Assembly: GCA_964648855.1 (NCBI GenBank)
Contig: CAZYLT010000013.1
Coordinates: 30,001-62,000, forward strand
Source of the DNA: an uncultured archaeon
Lineage (GTDB): Archaea; Asgardarchaeota; Thorarchaeia; Thorarchaeales; Thorarchaeaceae
DNA: 32,000 nt
Direction of reading: 5' to 3'
In this document: positions 17,056 to 26,340 of the stretch, piece after piece
How positions within the stretch are numbered: position 1 is the first letter of the stretch
How the letters are laid out: each line of letters opens with the position of its first letter
Made by a program: the position numbers and the translations under genes
The notes under the pieces: generated by a model
The model's database searches: none
Told to the model about the DNA's origin: nothing
Seen by the model: the letters and a program-made list of their open reading frames with translations, nothing else

Positions 17056-19728
17056 CTACCTATTTCGTTTCTTGATGATCCGCCACAGGCAAAATCGTTG
17101 TCGCCTTGGATGATGAATCACGATATTTCCACGCTGTAATTGACCAACGGGATTAAATCCTGCTTCGTGGAAGAGCATGCCATTTGAGTCATAAATACGG
17201 ATTTGAAAGATATCAGTTCTTCCACGTCTGCCTTTATCCCAGACGTCTATTCTGAGATAATAGTCAGCACCCATCCAGACTAATTGCTTCGTTTCGAAAT
17301 TCACCTTGAATATGTAGCATGTTCCCTCAAAGAACGCATGGTCATCACGAATAGCCAGCCCAACCAGCTTCGATGTCTTGACAAAGTAAAGCCAATCGCC
17401 TTCCTGATAGATATACAATGCATGTCCCCAGGGAGTTCCTGATTTCCTGTACTTCGCTAAGAGAGCAAAATGCCCGCGCTCATCCTCCGAGTCCATAATC
17501 CATCCCGCTCCAGTTATGAAGTCGCGAGACGGCTCTGCAATGGTAATGACTACCGGGGTAGAATCAGGACCGGTGTAGTACTCATTCACATCCGATGGGA
17601 AGACTACCACAACCGAGTAGTCGCCTGCCGGAAGATTCGATATGACTACCGTAACAACCCCTAAGCCTTGGACATCCGTGGCATTGAGCCGGTACGGTCC
17701 AAATACAATAGCGTTTTCGGAGCTAGCCGAGAAGATTAGAAATGAGACATATGCCTTTGAGATGTTGCCTAGAGAGGCATCATCGTCCTCGATGACAGTC
17801 GCACGAAGGGTAAAGCTTTCTGAAGTTGCAGAAGCAACAGTTTGGCCCGTATATGCTGCATTTGCATCCTCTCTTTGGACAAGAAAATCAACGGTGTCTG
17901 TTGAATTGACATAAGCAGAACTCCCCTCAAATGACGAAATCAGAGAGTACTCTCCTGCCGCTAAACCTATCGCTACCGAAGCGTCAGCAAATCCATCAGA
18001 GTCCGTGATAGCAAATACAATTGCCCCATCAAGCTCAAAGGACACTGTTTCTCCAGCTATTGCAGACTGTAAGGCGATATCAATCAATTGTGCCCTTAGA
18101 TGTACAATGTCAGAGTAGGTGCCTAATGTTTCACCAGTATAGTGTAACTGAGTCGCATTGACGACTAGATTAACAACCTGTGTGATTTCAGTGATTCCTG
18201 CATAGTCTTTGCTTCTGTATGCGAAGGTATGGTTTCCAATCACACCCATATTCAGCGGATCGATGTAAGGTAGCCAATCGCCAGAATCTATCTTGTATTC
18301 TATCTCCATCACACCAGAACCCGATAGACCATCAGTTGCAGACAACGAGAGTTCGGAAATAGTTGATATATAGAGAGGGTCAGTCCCAATAGGCGTTGGT
18401 GTTATTGTTAGAGTTGTCTGTGGTGCGGTCTTGTCAATCTGGAGAACGAATTTCTGGGTTTCTTCGACATTACCAGCAATGTCTGTTGAGTTAAAGAAGA
18501 TCTCAAGGGTTCCTTCTTCAGATATTTCGAATGGCGCAGTGTATTCAATCCATATAACACCATCAAAACTGTAAGCAGTTGAGGCAACACCCGTATCTTC
18601 ATCATCGGCAGACAGGATAACCGTGACATTTGACGTGTACCAGTTATTCATTCCGAGTGTGCCATCAATCTCGAGTGTGGTAATCGGGGGAATCCCATCA
18701 GATCCCAAAGTTTCAGTCTTGGTAGATTCAACATTGCCAGCCAAATCTGTCGAGTTGTAGTGAACTGTCACGAGAGTAGTCGATTGCACCTCGAATGGAT
18801 TTTCATAGACAAACCATTCTTCACCATCAAGGCTATACGTGGTCTGGGCAACACCTGAAATGGAGTCTGTTGCACTCAAGGTGACCACAATTCCACCCTC
18901 CTCATTTTCTTCATAGGAGAATACTGTTTGAGGAGGAGTCTTGTCGATATTAATGGAAATAAGCCCCTCTAATCGGAAACCCATATGGTCTCTAAGCTGC
19001 CAACGAATGGGGTGTCCACCCTCAGAAGTGAGTATAAAGCTGTTTCCGTCCCGGAATCCATCGTAATTGTCGAAATCAACCGCATACTCGAATTGCGAAA
19101 TGCCTGAATAATCATCAAAGGCGTGTAGCGTCACCTCCACATCAGATGTCCACCAGCCATTCGTTCCCTTTGTGCCGGATATCTGTAGATCCATCTCAGG
19201 TGGGCTGAGGTCGATTCCAATGGTGTGCTCATTTGTGGCTTCGACGTTTCCAGCGCTATCCGTGGCGTAATATTCCAGGGTGTGTAGACCCTCGCTTTCT
19301 ATTTCGATGGTAGTACCATTTTCATAAGGAAGCCAAGCGCCTGAATCTACACGATAGCTGCCATTGGCTACCGAAAGGTCATTTATCAAGAACTCCACTT
19401 CGACGGGAGAATATCCATACCAGATGTCATACCAGGGAGGATCTACTATGATGCTGCTCTCCGGCGGTTCATCATCTGAAGGTTCAATAACTTCAGCAGG
19501 TTCAGGGCTGCTTTTGTAGTTTATAGTAAAATCGTCAATATGGTCTTTGAGAGTTGGAGTAATGAGTTCAGCATTCTTGTCTGATACACCAAGAGTCACG
19601 GAACGCATATCTGTATGATGAGGAAGTGATTGCGATGCAAGTGAAACTCCATTGAAGGCAATAATCAATAATGTAAAGGAAAACAAAATGTATGATAATG
19701 CTCGACGGTTGTTCATTCTTTGTGCCAC
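17056..19728 (-). CDS. Secreted multi-Ig-like repeat protein (OmpL47/Big-type repeats) with post-COAP-1-like C-terminal domain
   Basis: Signal peptide; five repeats D..PP.T...VTLSATD..SGV..T.YS.DG..W..Y..PF..EG...STD.AGNVE; C-terminal FITGAGWI...DIFQIRI...GNIVIH. Confidence 0.85.
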   Translation of the reverse strand: MAQRMNNRRALSYILFSFTLLIIAFNGVSLASQSLPHHTDMRSVTLGVSDKNAELITPTLKDHIDDFTINYKSSPEPAEVIEPSDDEPPESSIIVDPPWYDIWYGYSPVEVEFLINDLSVANGSYRVDSGAWLPYENGTTIEIESEGLHTLEYYATDSAGNVEATNEHTIGIDLSPPEMDLQISGTKGTNGWWTSDVEVTLHAFDDYSGISQFEYAVDFDNYDGFRDGNSFILTSEGGHPIRWQLRDHMGFRLEGLISINIDKTPPQTVFSYEENEEGGIVVTLSATDSISGVAQTTYSLDGEEWFVYENPFEVQSTTLVTVHYNSTDLAGNVESTKTETLGSDGIPPITTLEIDGTLGMNNWYTSNVTVILSADDEDTGVASTAYSFDGVIWIEYTAPFEISEEGTLEIFFNSTDIAGNVEETQKFVLQIDKTAPQTTLTITPTPIGTDPLYISTISELSLSATDGLSGSGVMEIEYKIDSGDWLPYIDPLNMGVIGNHTFAYRSKDYAGITEITQVVNLVVNATQLHYTGETLGTYSDIVHLRAQLIDIALQSAIAGETVSFELDGAIVFAITDSDGFADASVAIGLAAGEYSLISSFEGSSAYVNSTDTVDFLVQREDANAAYTGQTVASATSESFTLRATVIEDDDASLGNISKAYVSFLIFSASSENAIVFGPYRLNATDVQGLGVVTVVISNLPAGDYSVVVVFPSDVNEYYTGPDSTPVVITIAEPSRDFITGAGWIMDSEDERGHFALLAKYRKSGTPWGHALYIYQEGDWLYFVKTSKLVGLAIRDDHAFFEGTCYIFKVNFETKQLVWMGADYYLRIDVWDKGRRGRTDIFQIRIYDSNGMLFHEAGFNPVGQLQRGNIVIHHPRRQRFCLWRIIKKRNR
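18160..19476 (-). repeat. Five tandem Ig-like coding repeats (about 80-90 aa each)
   Basis: Recurring ATDSAGNVE, STDLAGNVE, STDIAGNVE and SKDYAGITE units plus IDKTPPQT/IDKTAPQT. Boundaries are approximate. Confidence 0.8.
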
Positions 19729-20063
19729 TACTCCATACGAGGGAAGTAGTCTTAGCTAATTGATATCTGCATTGCTGCGTAGATTGGGGACACCGATGAT
19801 TTCGTTCTCCCTCGTGGTATTGTATTCGTATATACATTGACGGCTATTAGTGTTCTGATTGGTCTAGTTTAGTCCCAAGAATATTGAGAATCAAATTAGT
19901 ATCTGTGTTCTTTTGCTACTCATGGACTGAACACATCCTTCAGAATAGATGGGGGATTTCAAAAAGTACTAAGAGGGCAAACACTCATTTCAGCTCGATT
20001 ATTGGTGATGTGTCAAACCAAAAATACTGAAACACGTTTAGACTATTGATAGGAGATAGAAAT

Positions 20064-20381
20064 ATGCTTGATAGAAAAGAAAAAACAACGAAAGTCATAG
20101 CTGAACTTGTAATAGCACCCTATGGCGTAGGAACCAGCCTCAGCAAGTACGTTAAGGAATCAGTGAGTGAGATCGATCACTTTCCTGGAATTCGGGTTCA
20201 ACATACTCCAATGAGCTCAATCATTGAGGCAGACAGTGTCGACCAGGTTCTTGAGGTTACAAAGGCAGCTCATGAACGCATGTTTCAAGCAGGCGCTAAG
20301 AGAGTTTCAACTCTGCTAAGAATAGATGATAGAAGAGACAAAGCACGAGTCATGGAGGACAAGGTAGATACGATTTCGTAG
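20064..20381 (+). CDS. MTH1187/UPF0045 thiamine-binding protein family
   Basis: AELVIAPYGVGTSLSKYV, TPMSSIIE and RVSTLLRIDDRRDK; AGGAG RBS. Confidence 0.92.
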   Translation: MLDRKEKTTKVIAELVIAPYGVGTSLSKYVKESVSEIDHFPGIRVQHTPMSSIIEADSVDQVLEVTKAAHERMFQAGAKRVSTLLRIDDRRDKARVMEDKVDTIS

Positions 20382-20440
20382 TGATTTATCAATCATCAAT
20401 GAATGACATGAACTCTGTTTCCCGGTGAAATTGCGTCAGT

Positions 20441-21406
20441 TCAATCAGTATAATTGGCCATGAGTTCTTTCAGTTTCTCTAATGAGAGATTGCCCCCGGA
20501 GCAGATAATACCTACCGTGTCTTTTTTCAAACGATTCCGGATTCTGTAGGCCCCTGCAAGGGCTGCGGCTCCAGCACCCTCTGCCAAAGTATGAGCTTTC
20601 TTTATCATCCATACCACGGCTTGCATGATATCGTCATCACTCACCAATACGAAGTCATCTAGGTATTTTTTCAGAATTCTCTGTGGCAATTCAAAGGCCG
20701 TACCAGTCGAGAGACCTTCAATAATCGTCTTATTGGGTCTTTGAACGAGTTTCTTTTGTTTCCAAGAGTGGTAAGCCGCAGGTGATGATTCAGATTGCAC
20801 CCCGATGACTTTGATATTGGGATTAATTGCCTTGGCAACAATGCAGCATCCAGCAGCTCCACTACCTCCGCCGATAGGAACTATAATCTTGCTTATTTGG
20901 GGGCATTCCTCAAGCATTTCCAATGCCTCTGTTCCAACCCCCGCTATCAAATGTGGCTCATTACCTGAGTGAATGTAGCGATATCCATGTTTCTCTGCTA
21001 GGTGCTCGCAGTGTCTTTTTGCCTCATCATAAGTACGGCCGTGAAACACAACTTCTGCGCCCATGAGTTTCATAGATTCAATTTTTTCTGGGTTTGAATC
21101 CTCTGGCACTACAACTATGGCTTCAAGACCAAATATCTTAGAGGCGTAAGATATCGATTGACCATGGTTGCCGGTCGATGCTACTATAACGCCCTTGTCT
21201 CGTTCATCATCTGAAAGCTGCGAGATTAGATTAACCCCACCGCGTACTTTGAACGCTCCAACCGGTTGACAATTTTCGTGTTTGACCAAAGCAGTTGTTC
21301 CCAATAGTTGATTGATTGCCGGGTACGAAATCAGAGGAGTAGGCCTTAGATGTGGGCGAATACGTTCTTGTGCAGATAGTACATCATGTAGCGTTGGAAT
21401 ATACAA
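20441..21406 (-). CDS. PLP-dependent threonine/serine dehydratase (no ACT domain)
   Basis: KHEN..PVGAFKVRG (PLP lysine), STGNHG, PIGGGSG, EGAGA and SGGN. TTG start with GGAGTGA RBS. Confidence 0.93.
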   Translation of the reverse strand: MYIPTLHDVLSAQERIRPHLRPTPLISYPAINQLLGTTALVKHENCQPVGAFKVRGGVNLISQLSDDERDKGVIVASTGNHGQSISYASKIFGLEAIVVVPEDSNPEKIESMKLMGAEVVFHGRTYDEAKRHCEHLAEKHGYRYIHSGNEPHLIAGVGTEALEMLEECPQISKIIVPIGGGSGAAGCCIVAKAINPNIKVIGVQSESSPAAYHSWKQKKLVQRPNKTIIEGLSTGTAFELPQRILKKYLDDFVLVSDDDIMQAVVWMIKKAHTLAEGAGAAALAGAYRIRNRLKKDTVGIICSGGNLSLEKLKELMANYTD

Positions 21407-21579
21407 TATTTCTCACTCCGAGTAGTATATGCATCTGGGTACATGTTGAGTTGCATGGGAATGGGTATTTCTGTTTTCTGGAAAGCGTGCAAGGTCACTT
21501 GTCATTTCCCGTTCGGCAAAGTCTAAATCCCCTCAATCTTTGCGTGCACCATAGGATTTGCAGAGAGTGGGTATTTCCA

Positions 21580-22398
21580 GTGAATGCGCGGGAACCAAAT
21601 GACATTGAGAAATTCCAGCAGGAGATACTGGAATGGTGGGGGGAAAATGCCCGCGAGCTTCCGTGGAGAGAAGACCCCACACAGTATCACGTTCTAGTAT
21701 CTGAGATCATGCTACAGCAGACACAGGTAAGCCGTGTTGTTCCCAAATACCTTGAGTTCATCGAACAGTTTCCAACCATCGAGGCACTTGCAAATGCTGA
21801 AACTGCACACCTTCTCCGGGTATGGAGTGGCCTAGGCTATAACCGTCGTGCTCTATGGCTAAGAGAGGCTGCAAAGGGGATTGTTGAGAGAGGAGAGTTC
21901 CCAGAAAGAGAGGAGGAACTCAGAATGTTGAAGGGTATTGGACCCTATACGTCGCGCTCAATACTGATCTTTGCTTTCAATAGAGATTTGGCTACCGTTG
22001 ACACAAACATTAGACGGGTCCTGATAGCTTCGGGCTTTGCTAGTGAGGATATGACTGAAACTCAAATTCAAGAGATTGCAGAACGAACGCTACCAGAAGG
22101 AAAGTCAAGTGATTGGCATAATGCGCTGATGGACTATGGTTCCATGGTACTTACATCAGATTCTACTGGAATTACTCCACGATATAGTCAATCTAGATAC
22201 TCTGGTTCATCAAGAGAGATTCGTGGTTTAGTGATTCAACTCATGATAGAACACGATGAAATGACATTAAGTCATCTTTCATCCGAAGTCGGAAAAAGGA
22301 ACCTAGATACTGGGGAACTATCGGAGATAGTTGAACAACTTGTAAACGAAGGCTTTCTTACATGTTCCAACTCCGGCATACTTTCGATTGCAGATTAG
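21580..22398 (+). CDS. mutY: HhH-GPD DNA glycosylase, MutY-like, lacking the 4Fe-4S motif
   Basis: RELPWR, VSEIMLQQTQV, WSGLGYNRRA, LKGIGPYT, VDTNIRRV and ALMDYG. Start reassigned to GTG 21580. Confidence 0.85.
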   Translation: MNAREPNDIEKFQQEILEWWGENARELPWREDPTQYHVLVSEIMLQQTQVSRVVPKYLEFIEQFPTIEALANAETAHLLRVWSGLGYNRRALWLREAAKGIVERGEFPEREEELRMLKGIGPYTSRSILIFAFNRDLATVDTNIRRVLIASGFASEDMTETQIQEIAERTLPEGKSSDWHNALMDYGSMVLTSDSTGITPRYSQSRYSGSSREIRGLVIQLMIEHDEMTLSHLSSEVGKRNLDTGELSEIVEQLVNEGFLTCSNSGILSIAD

Positions 22399-22552
22399 AT
22401 TAGACCATATTGTGACTTCTGTCCTTCGAGTGATACCAGAGCGGGAAAAATCAATTCCAAATCTGCATCAATCCCAAAGATATTAGGAGAATCAGAGAAT
22501 ACACTATTGGATTCAGAAGGAATCCAAAGAATAGAATGGGAAAGGAAAACTC

Positions 22553-22759
22553 GTGTTTGAAGACCATAAAACGACCGATTTTGCTGTCTTTTGGGTTGGT
22601 GGCATCATACTAATGTCGATTGGCGTGCCGGGAATCCTACTTGGCATTATCTGGCATTATTTGATTTTCGGGCTGGGTCTCATATTCCTTCTACTTGGTC
22701 TCATCGGACAGAGAAGAGCAGTTGATGAGGATACAGCAGATGCCCCTAAACCAGCGTGA
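22553..22759 (+). CDS. Small two-TM membrane protein, hypothetical
   Basis: Two hydrophobic helices and a charged tail; fills the intergenic space without overlap. Confidence 0.6.
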   Translation: MFEDHKTTDFAVFWVGGIILMSIGVPGILLGIIWHYLIFGLGLIFLLLGLIGQRRAVDEDTADAPKPA

Positions 22760-22787
22760 TGAGGGAAGTGCCCCTTATGTTGTAGCG

Positions 22788-23399
22788 CTATTTTTTCCGT
22801 TTTACTACAAAGACGGCTAAAGAGATTACCAGTAGAATTCCAAAGAATACAGCCATGATTGGATTGGAAAGAGTGGTACCTATCAGTATCCCATGCACAT
22901 ATGCGAAGATTAGCGCCAGATAAACTAGCCCATGAAAATATCTCCAAGTATTTCGAATACGCCCACGTGCAAACGCCGCAAGAACTGCAATATAAATCAC
23001 ATACAGTGCTTGGCGACCCGCAAGTGACCAGAATGCATACCAAGATGAGAAGTCAGGAATGAAGACTGTTAGACTCGCGACATATATAGCGAAGGTCACG
23101 GGATGTGCTGTGGCTAAGATCAATCCCAAGGCTGCGAAAACATGATGAACAGTCATAAAAGGCCGGTTGAAATGAGTTCTGATTTCACGAAGATACATCG
23201 AGAGAATCGACGCGATGACCAGAGATACAAACCCTGACAAAGCAGAAATTCTAATGACCAATTGGAAGAGATTGTCATACGCCGTGAAAAAGGGACCTAT
23301 CACCGCAACCGCATAGGTACCGATAATTGCGAGAATGCCCAATAGTCCCAATTGTGAGAAACCACCGAAGTAGCGTTTTGTATCCTGAGAAGTAGTCAT
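22788..23399 (-). CDS. Ferric reductase-like transmembrane (heme b) protein, MsrQ-like, stand-alone
   Basis: About six TM helices with paired His motifs HHVFAALGLILATAHP and WRYFHGLVYLALIFAYVHG. Confidence 0.82.
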   Translation of the reverse strand: MTTSQDTKRYFGGFSQLGLLGILAIIGTYAVAVIGPFFTAYDNLFQLVIRISALSGFVSLVIASILSMYLREIRTHFNRPFMTVHHVFAALGLILATAHPVTFAIYVASLTVFIPDFSSWYAFWSLAGRQALYVIYIAVLAAFARGRIRNTWRYFHGLVYLALIFAYVHGILIGTTLSNPIMAVFFGILLVISLAVFVVKRKK

Positions 23400-23707
23400 G
23401 CCTTTACCGTCCTGTATAGATTCTTTTCTTCCTGAAGTACTCGGGTATATTTCAATCGTTTGGTATCGAAACTCACGAATAGTCTAACAGAATGCCCGGA
23501 AGTCCAAGAAAAATGAAGATAATGAATGCCCTGTTCACCTTGTCTATTTTCTGTGCGCAGACTTTTTTGTTTTGCCTTTTCCTTTAGAAATTGCAGGATA
23601 TTGATTATCGACCATCAGATTCACGTTAACATTCTACTGAATCACACATGTTTCACAAGACCAGAGAGCTTTTCTTGGTGACAACAATCACTTTGGTGGG
23701 ATGGCAA

Positions 23708-24808
23708 TTGAGTAAAACACTGATAGCCCATGAAGTACTGCGTGATTTTGTTATTGCCGTAATAAGCAAACTTGGGGCGCCAGAAGATGTCTCACTATAT
23801 GTTGCTGATAATTTAGTAACAGCCAATCTTCGGGGGATAGACTCGCATGGCGTGGGACGCTTGAAGAGATATGTAACTGGCATTCGAGACGGGTATATAG
23901 TCCCAGACGCCAAAGTCGATACAGTCATGGAGAACGCCGTTTTGGCAAATGTGAATGGCAATCATGCTTTAGGTCAAGCTGTCGGAGTACATGGCATGAA
24001 CCTAGCCATCCAGAAAGCATCATCAGAAGGCATTGGAGTGGTAACCGCATTCAATTCTAATCACTATGGGTTTGCGGGCTATTATGCAATGATGGCTCTT
24101 GACCAGGACCTGATAGGGATTTCAATGACGAATTCAGAACCTCTGGTTGTGCCGACATTCGGTAGGAATGCCAAACTGGGCACGAATCCAATAGCAATCG
24201 CTGTACCGACATCTGAAAACAAACCATGGGTGATGGACCAAGCTACGAGTGTCGTACCAAGTGGCAAACTCCAAGTCTACGAGCGAGCTGGAGAGAAGAT
24301 GCCTGAGGGATGGGCAACTGACGAAACGGGTCACAGCACAACCAATCCTGCACGAGTATTAAAGAACCTCTATGGAGGTACTGGAGAGGGAGGAATTTTT
24401 CCGCTCGGTGGCGAAGGCGAGGTTCATGGAGGTCACAAGGGCTATGGATTTGCAGTAATGGTAGATATTCTATGTGGAGTACTCTCGGGAGCGAACTATG
24501 CCGATGATGTGGTTTGGTCCACTGATGATGGAATAAAGCATCCCAGTGTTGGGCACTTCTTCATGGCGCTTGACCCTTCCTTCTTCGGTGATTTGGAAGG
24601 CTTCAAAGACAAAATGGATGACATGATAAATCGCCTTCACCTGTCAGAAAAAGCTGAGGGAGAAACAAGGATATTCGTGCATGGGGAAAAGGAGTTCGAA
24701 GAACGAGAACGAAGAGAGGAGAAGGGAATTCCTCTAGATGAAAAAACTGTTGAGAGTTTGAAGGGATTTTCCGAAGAATTCAATATTGAACTTGAATTCG
24801 TGAACTAG
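23708..24808 (+). CDS. Ldh_2 family (malate/L-lactate/ureidoglycolate-type) oxidoreductase
   Basis: ANLRGIDSHG, NSNHYGFAGYY, GTNPIA and GHKGYG. TTG start at 23708 is likely. Confidence 0.93.
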   Translation: MSKTLIAHEVLRDFVIAVISKLGAPEDVSLYVADNLVTANLRGIDSHGVGRLKRYVTGIRDGYIVPDAKVDTVMENAVLANVNGNHALGQAVGVHGMNLAIQKASSEGIGVVTAFNSNHYGFAGYYAMMALDQDLIGISMTNSEPLVVPTFGRNAKLGTNPIAIAVPTSENKPWVMDQATSVVPSGKLQVYERAGEKMPEGWATDETGHSTTNPARVLKNLYGGTGEGGIFPLGGEGEVHGGHKGYGFAVMVDILCGVLSGANYADDVVWSTDDGIKHPSVGHFFMALDPSFFGDLEGFKDKMDDMINRLHLSEKAEGETRIFVHGEKEFEERERREEKGIPLDEKTVESLKGFSEEFNIELEFVN

Positions 24809-24878
24809 GAAAATATGTGCTTCTAATGAATAGACTGTTTTCCGTTACAATCTGAAAAGCAATGCTGAGGCGAAAGTC

Positions 24879-25706
24879 ATGAGCCAAGTTGCGTTGGTAA
24901 GAACAAAACAGAATCTTCGGGACTCACTCGAAGATGCCATAGAGCTGATTGGTGGATTTGGCGATATCAAGTCCCCAGTATTGATAAAACCAAATATATG
25001 CACAATCTCAGATGGTACCGGGCACTCTGTGACAGATCCAAATCTAGTGCAGCACCTAATTGAACTAATCCTATGTCGTGATGAGAGTCTATCAATCAAA
25101 ATCGTTGAGTCCGACAGCCAAAGCAAGTACGCAGAGGAGGCATTCAAGAAGTTCGGGTATACAGATTTCGTAGACAAACTACAAGACGATGGTTCAGACG
25201 TAAAATTGGTAAATCTGAGTAAGTCACCGCTAAAGAGATTGGCTTTCGAGGGCGCCTATTTCGAAAATGCTGAGCTACCGATAGAGATTATTGATGAAAA
25301 CTACTTCATATCAGTAGCAATCGCAAAGACGCATTATCTCACGAAAATCACTGGATCGGTGAAGAACCTGTTCGGTCTTCTTCCCCAGAAGAATCAAGCA
25401 TCATATCACTCAGACATCAACGATATCATATTAGATTTCAGCAAAATAGTCAGACCCAAATTGTGTGTGATAGACGCCAGAGTAGGAGTTGAGGGATGGA
25501 ACGGTCCAAAGACACACCAGATGGATTTGTTGATAGCAGGAAGGGAGCCTGCCTCGGTAGACTCAGTGATGGCACAAATCATGGGATTAATTCCTGAAGA
25601 TGTGAATCATTTAGTGGCTGCTGCAGATCAAGGGATGGGAACACTAGAACCAGATATTATTGGAGAGGATTTAGAATCTTTATTTGGCTTATTCAATCCC
25701 AAATAA
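24879..25706 (+). CDS. DUF362 domain protein
   Basis: VLIKPN, VTDP, AKTH..TKITGSVKNLFG, IDARVGVEG..GP and PASVDSV. No C-terminal ferredoxin domain. Confidence 0.88.
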   Translation: MSQVALVRTKQNLRDSLEDAIELIGGFGDIKSPVLIKPNICTISDGTGHSVTDPNLVQHLIELILCRDESLSIKIVESDSQSKYAEEAFKKFGYTDFVDKLQDDGSDVKLVNLSKSPLKRLAFEGAYFENAELPIEIIDENYFISVAIAKTHYLTKITGSVKNLFGLLPQKNQASYHSDINDIILDFSKIVRPKLCVIDARVGVEGWNGPKTHQMDLLIAGREPASVDSVMAQIMGLIPEDVNHLVAAADQGMGTLEPDIIGEDLESLFGLFNPK

Positions 25707-25908
25707 TAGGCAACTAGGCTGACGAGATTGTTGCTGAATCTGAAGACTTTGAACTGCTTCCGTTGTATTTGCAAAGCTCATGCCGATTCACACCCAACAC
25801 TAGGATTGTAGAATAAGTTCTAGAATGGGCAAAGTATGCCACGAAGTATCGATTTCTTGACAAGGTTACAATGGTACAAAATCCTAAAGAATGATAGGAC
25901 GAGTTATA

Positions 25909-25930
25909 GGAGGGGATCCGCCACCCCTCC
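25909..25930 (-). terminator. GC-rich hairpin downstream of the Lys-rich microprotein ORF
   Basis: 7-bp stem ggagggg/cccctcc with an 8-nt loop. Confidence 0.45.
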
Positions 25931-25974
25931 CAGATTCTTGATTATCGCGAAGCACAGAAAAACCGAGATACTAG

Positions 25975-26037
25975 TTATTTCTTGGGCTTCTTCTCGTTCT
26001 TCTTCTGAGTCTTTGCTGGTTTCTTATCCTTTGCCAT
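25975..26037 (-). CDS. Putative 20-aa lysine-rich microprotein MAKDKKPAKTQKKNEKKPKK
   Basis: Read manually. GAGGTGA RBS 5 nt before the ATG, TAA stop, upstream TTTTTAAA box near 26161-26168 and a downstream hairpin. Confidence 0.55.
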   Translation of the reverse strand: MAKDKKPAKTQKKNEKKPKK

Positions 26038-26277
26038 CTTTTTCACCTCGACGGACATTCAGAGGCCCTCCACTGTCAGCCAACCTATACCATCCTCACT
26101 GTTTGTAGATATTTCGAGCTCAGAAATTAGGACCTCGAGCCCTTATTTTGGTAATATTAGTTTAAAAACATATCTAGTTAAAAATAAGGCACCTATATGG
26201 TTTCTATTGACATTTAAAGGTACTATATTCCCTTTTCATTTCTAGTTTCCTCAAAAATACAACTACGATTCGGATAT

Positions 26278-26304
26278 AAAAAGAGTAGAGAGGGTTCCGC
26301 TCTC
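26278..26304 (-). terminator. Short hairpin plus U-tract downstream of the DUF1059-like gene
   Basis: gagag/ctctc stem followed by TACTCTTTTT on the minus strand. Confidence 0.4.
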
Positions 26305-26340
26305 ACGGGAGCAGGACAAAAAGAGAAGTCGTGCCGTTGA

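Noticed and set aside
21352-21579. N-terminal extension of the MutY-like ORF
   Set aside because: It overlaps the divergent dehydratase start and promoter region and shows no glycosylase similarity.
25689-25782. About 30-aa minus ORF MSFANTTEAVQSLQIQQQSRQPSCLLFGIE
   Set aside because: Weak RBS, overlap with the DUF362 3' end, and no other support.
25836-26108. 90-aa plus-strand ORF from the track
   Set aside because: Ser-rich antisense shadow of the Lys-rich microprotein region, with no RBS.
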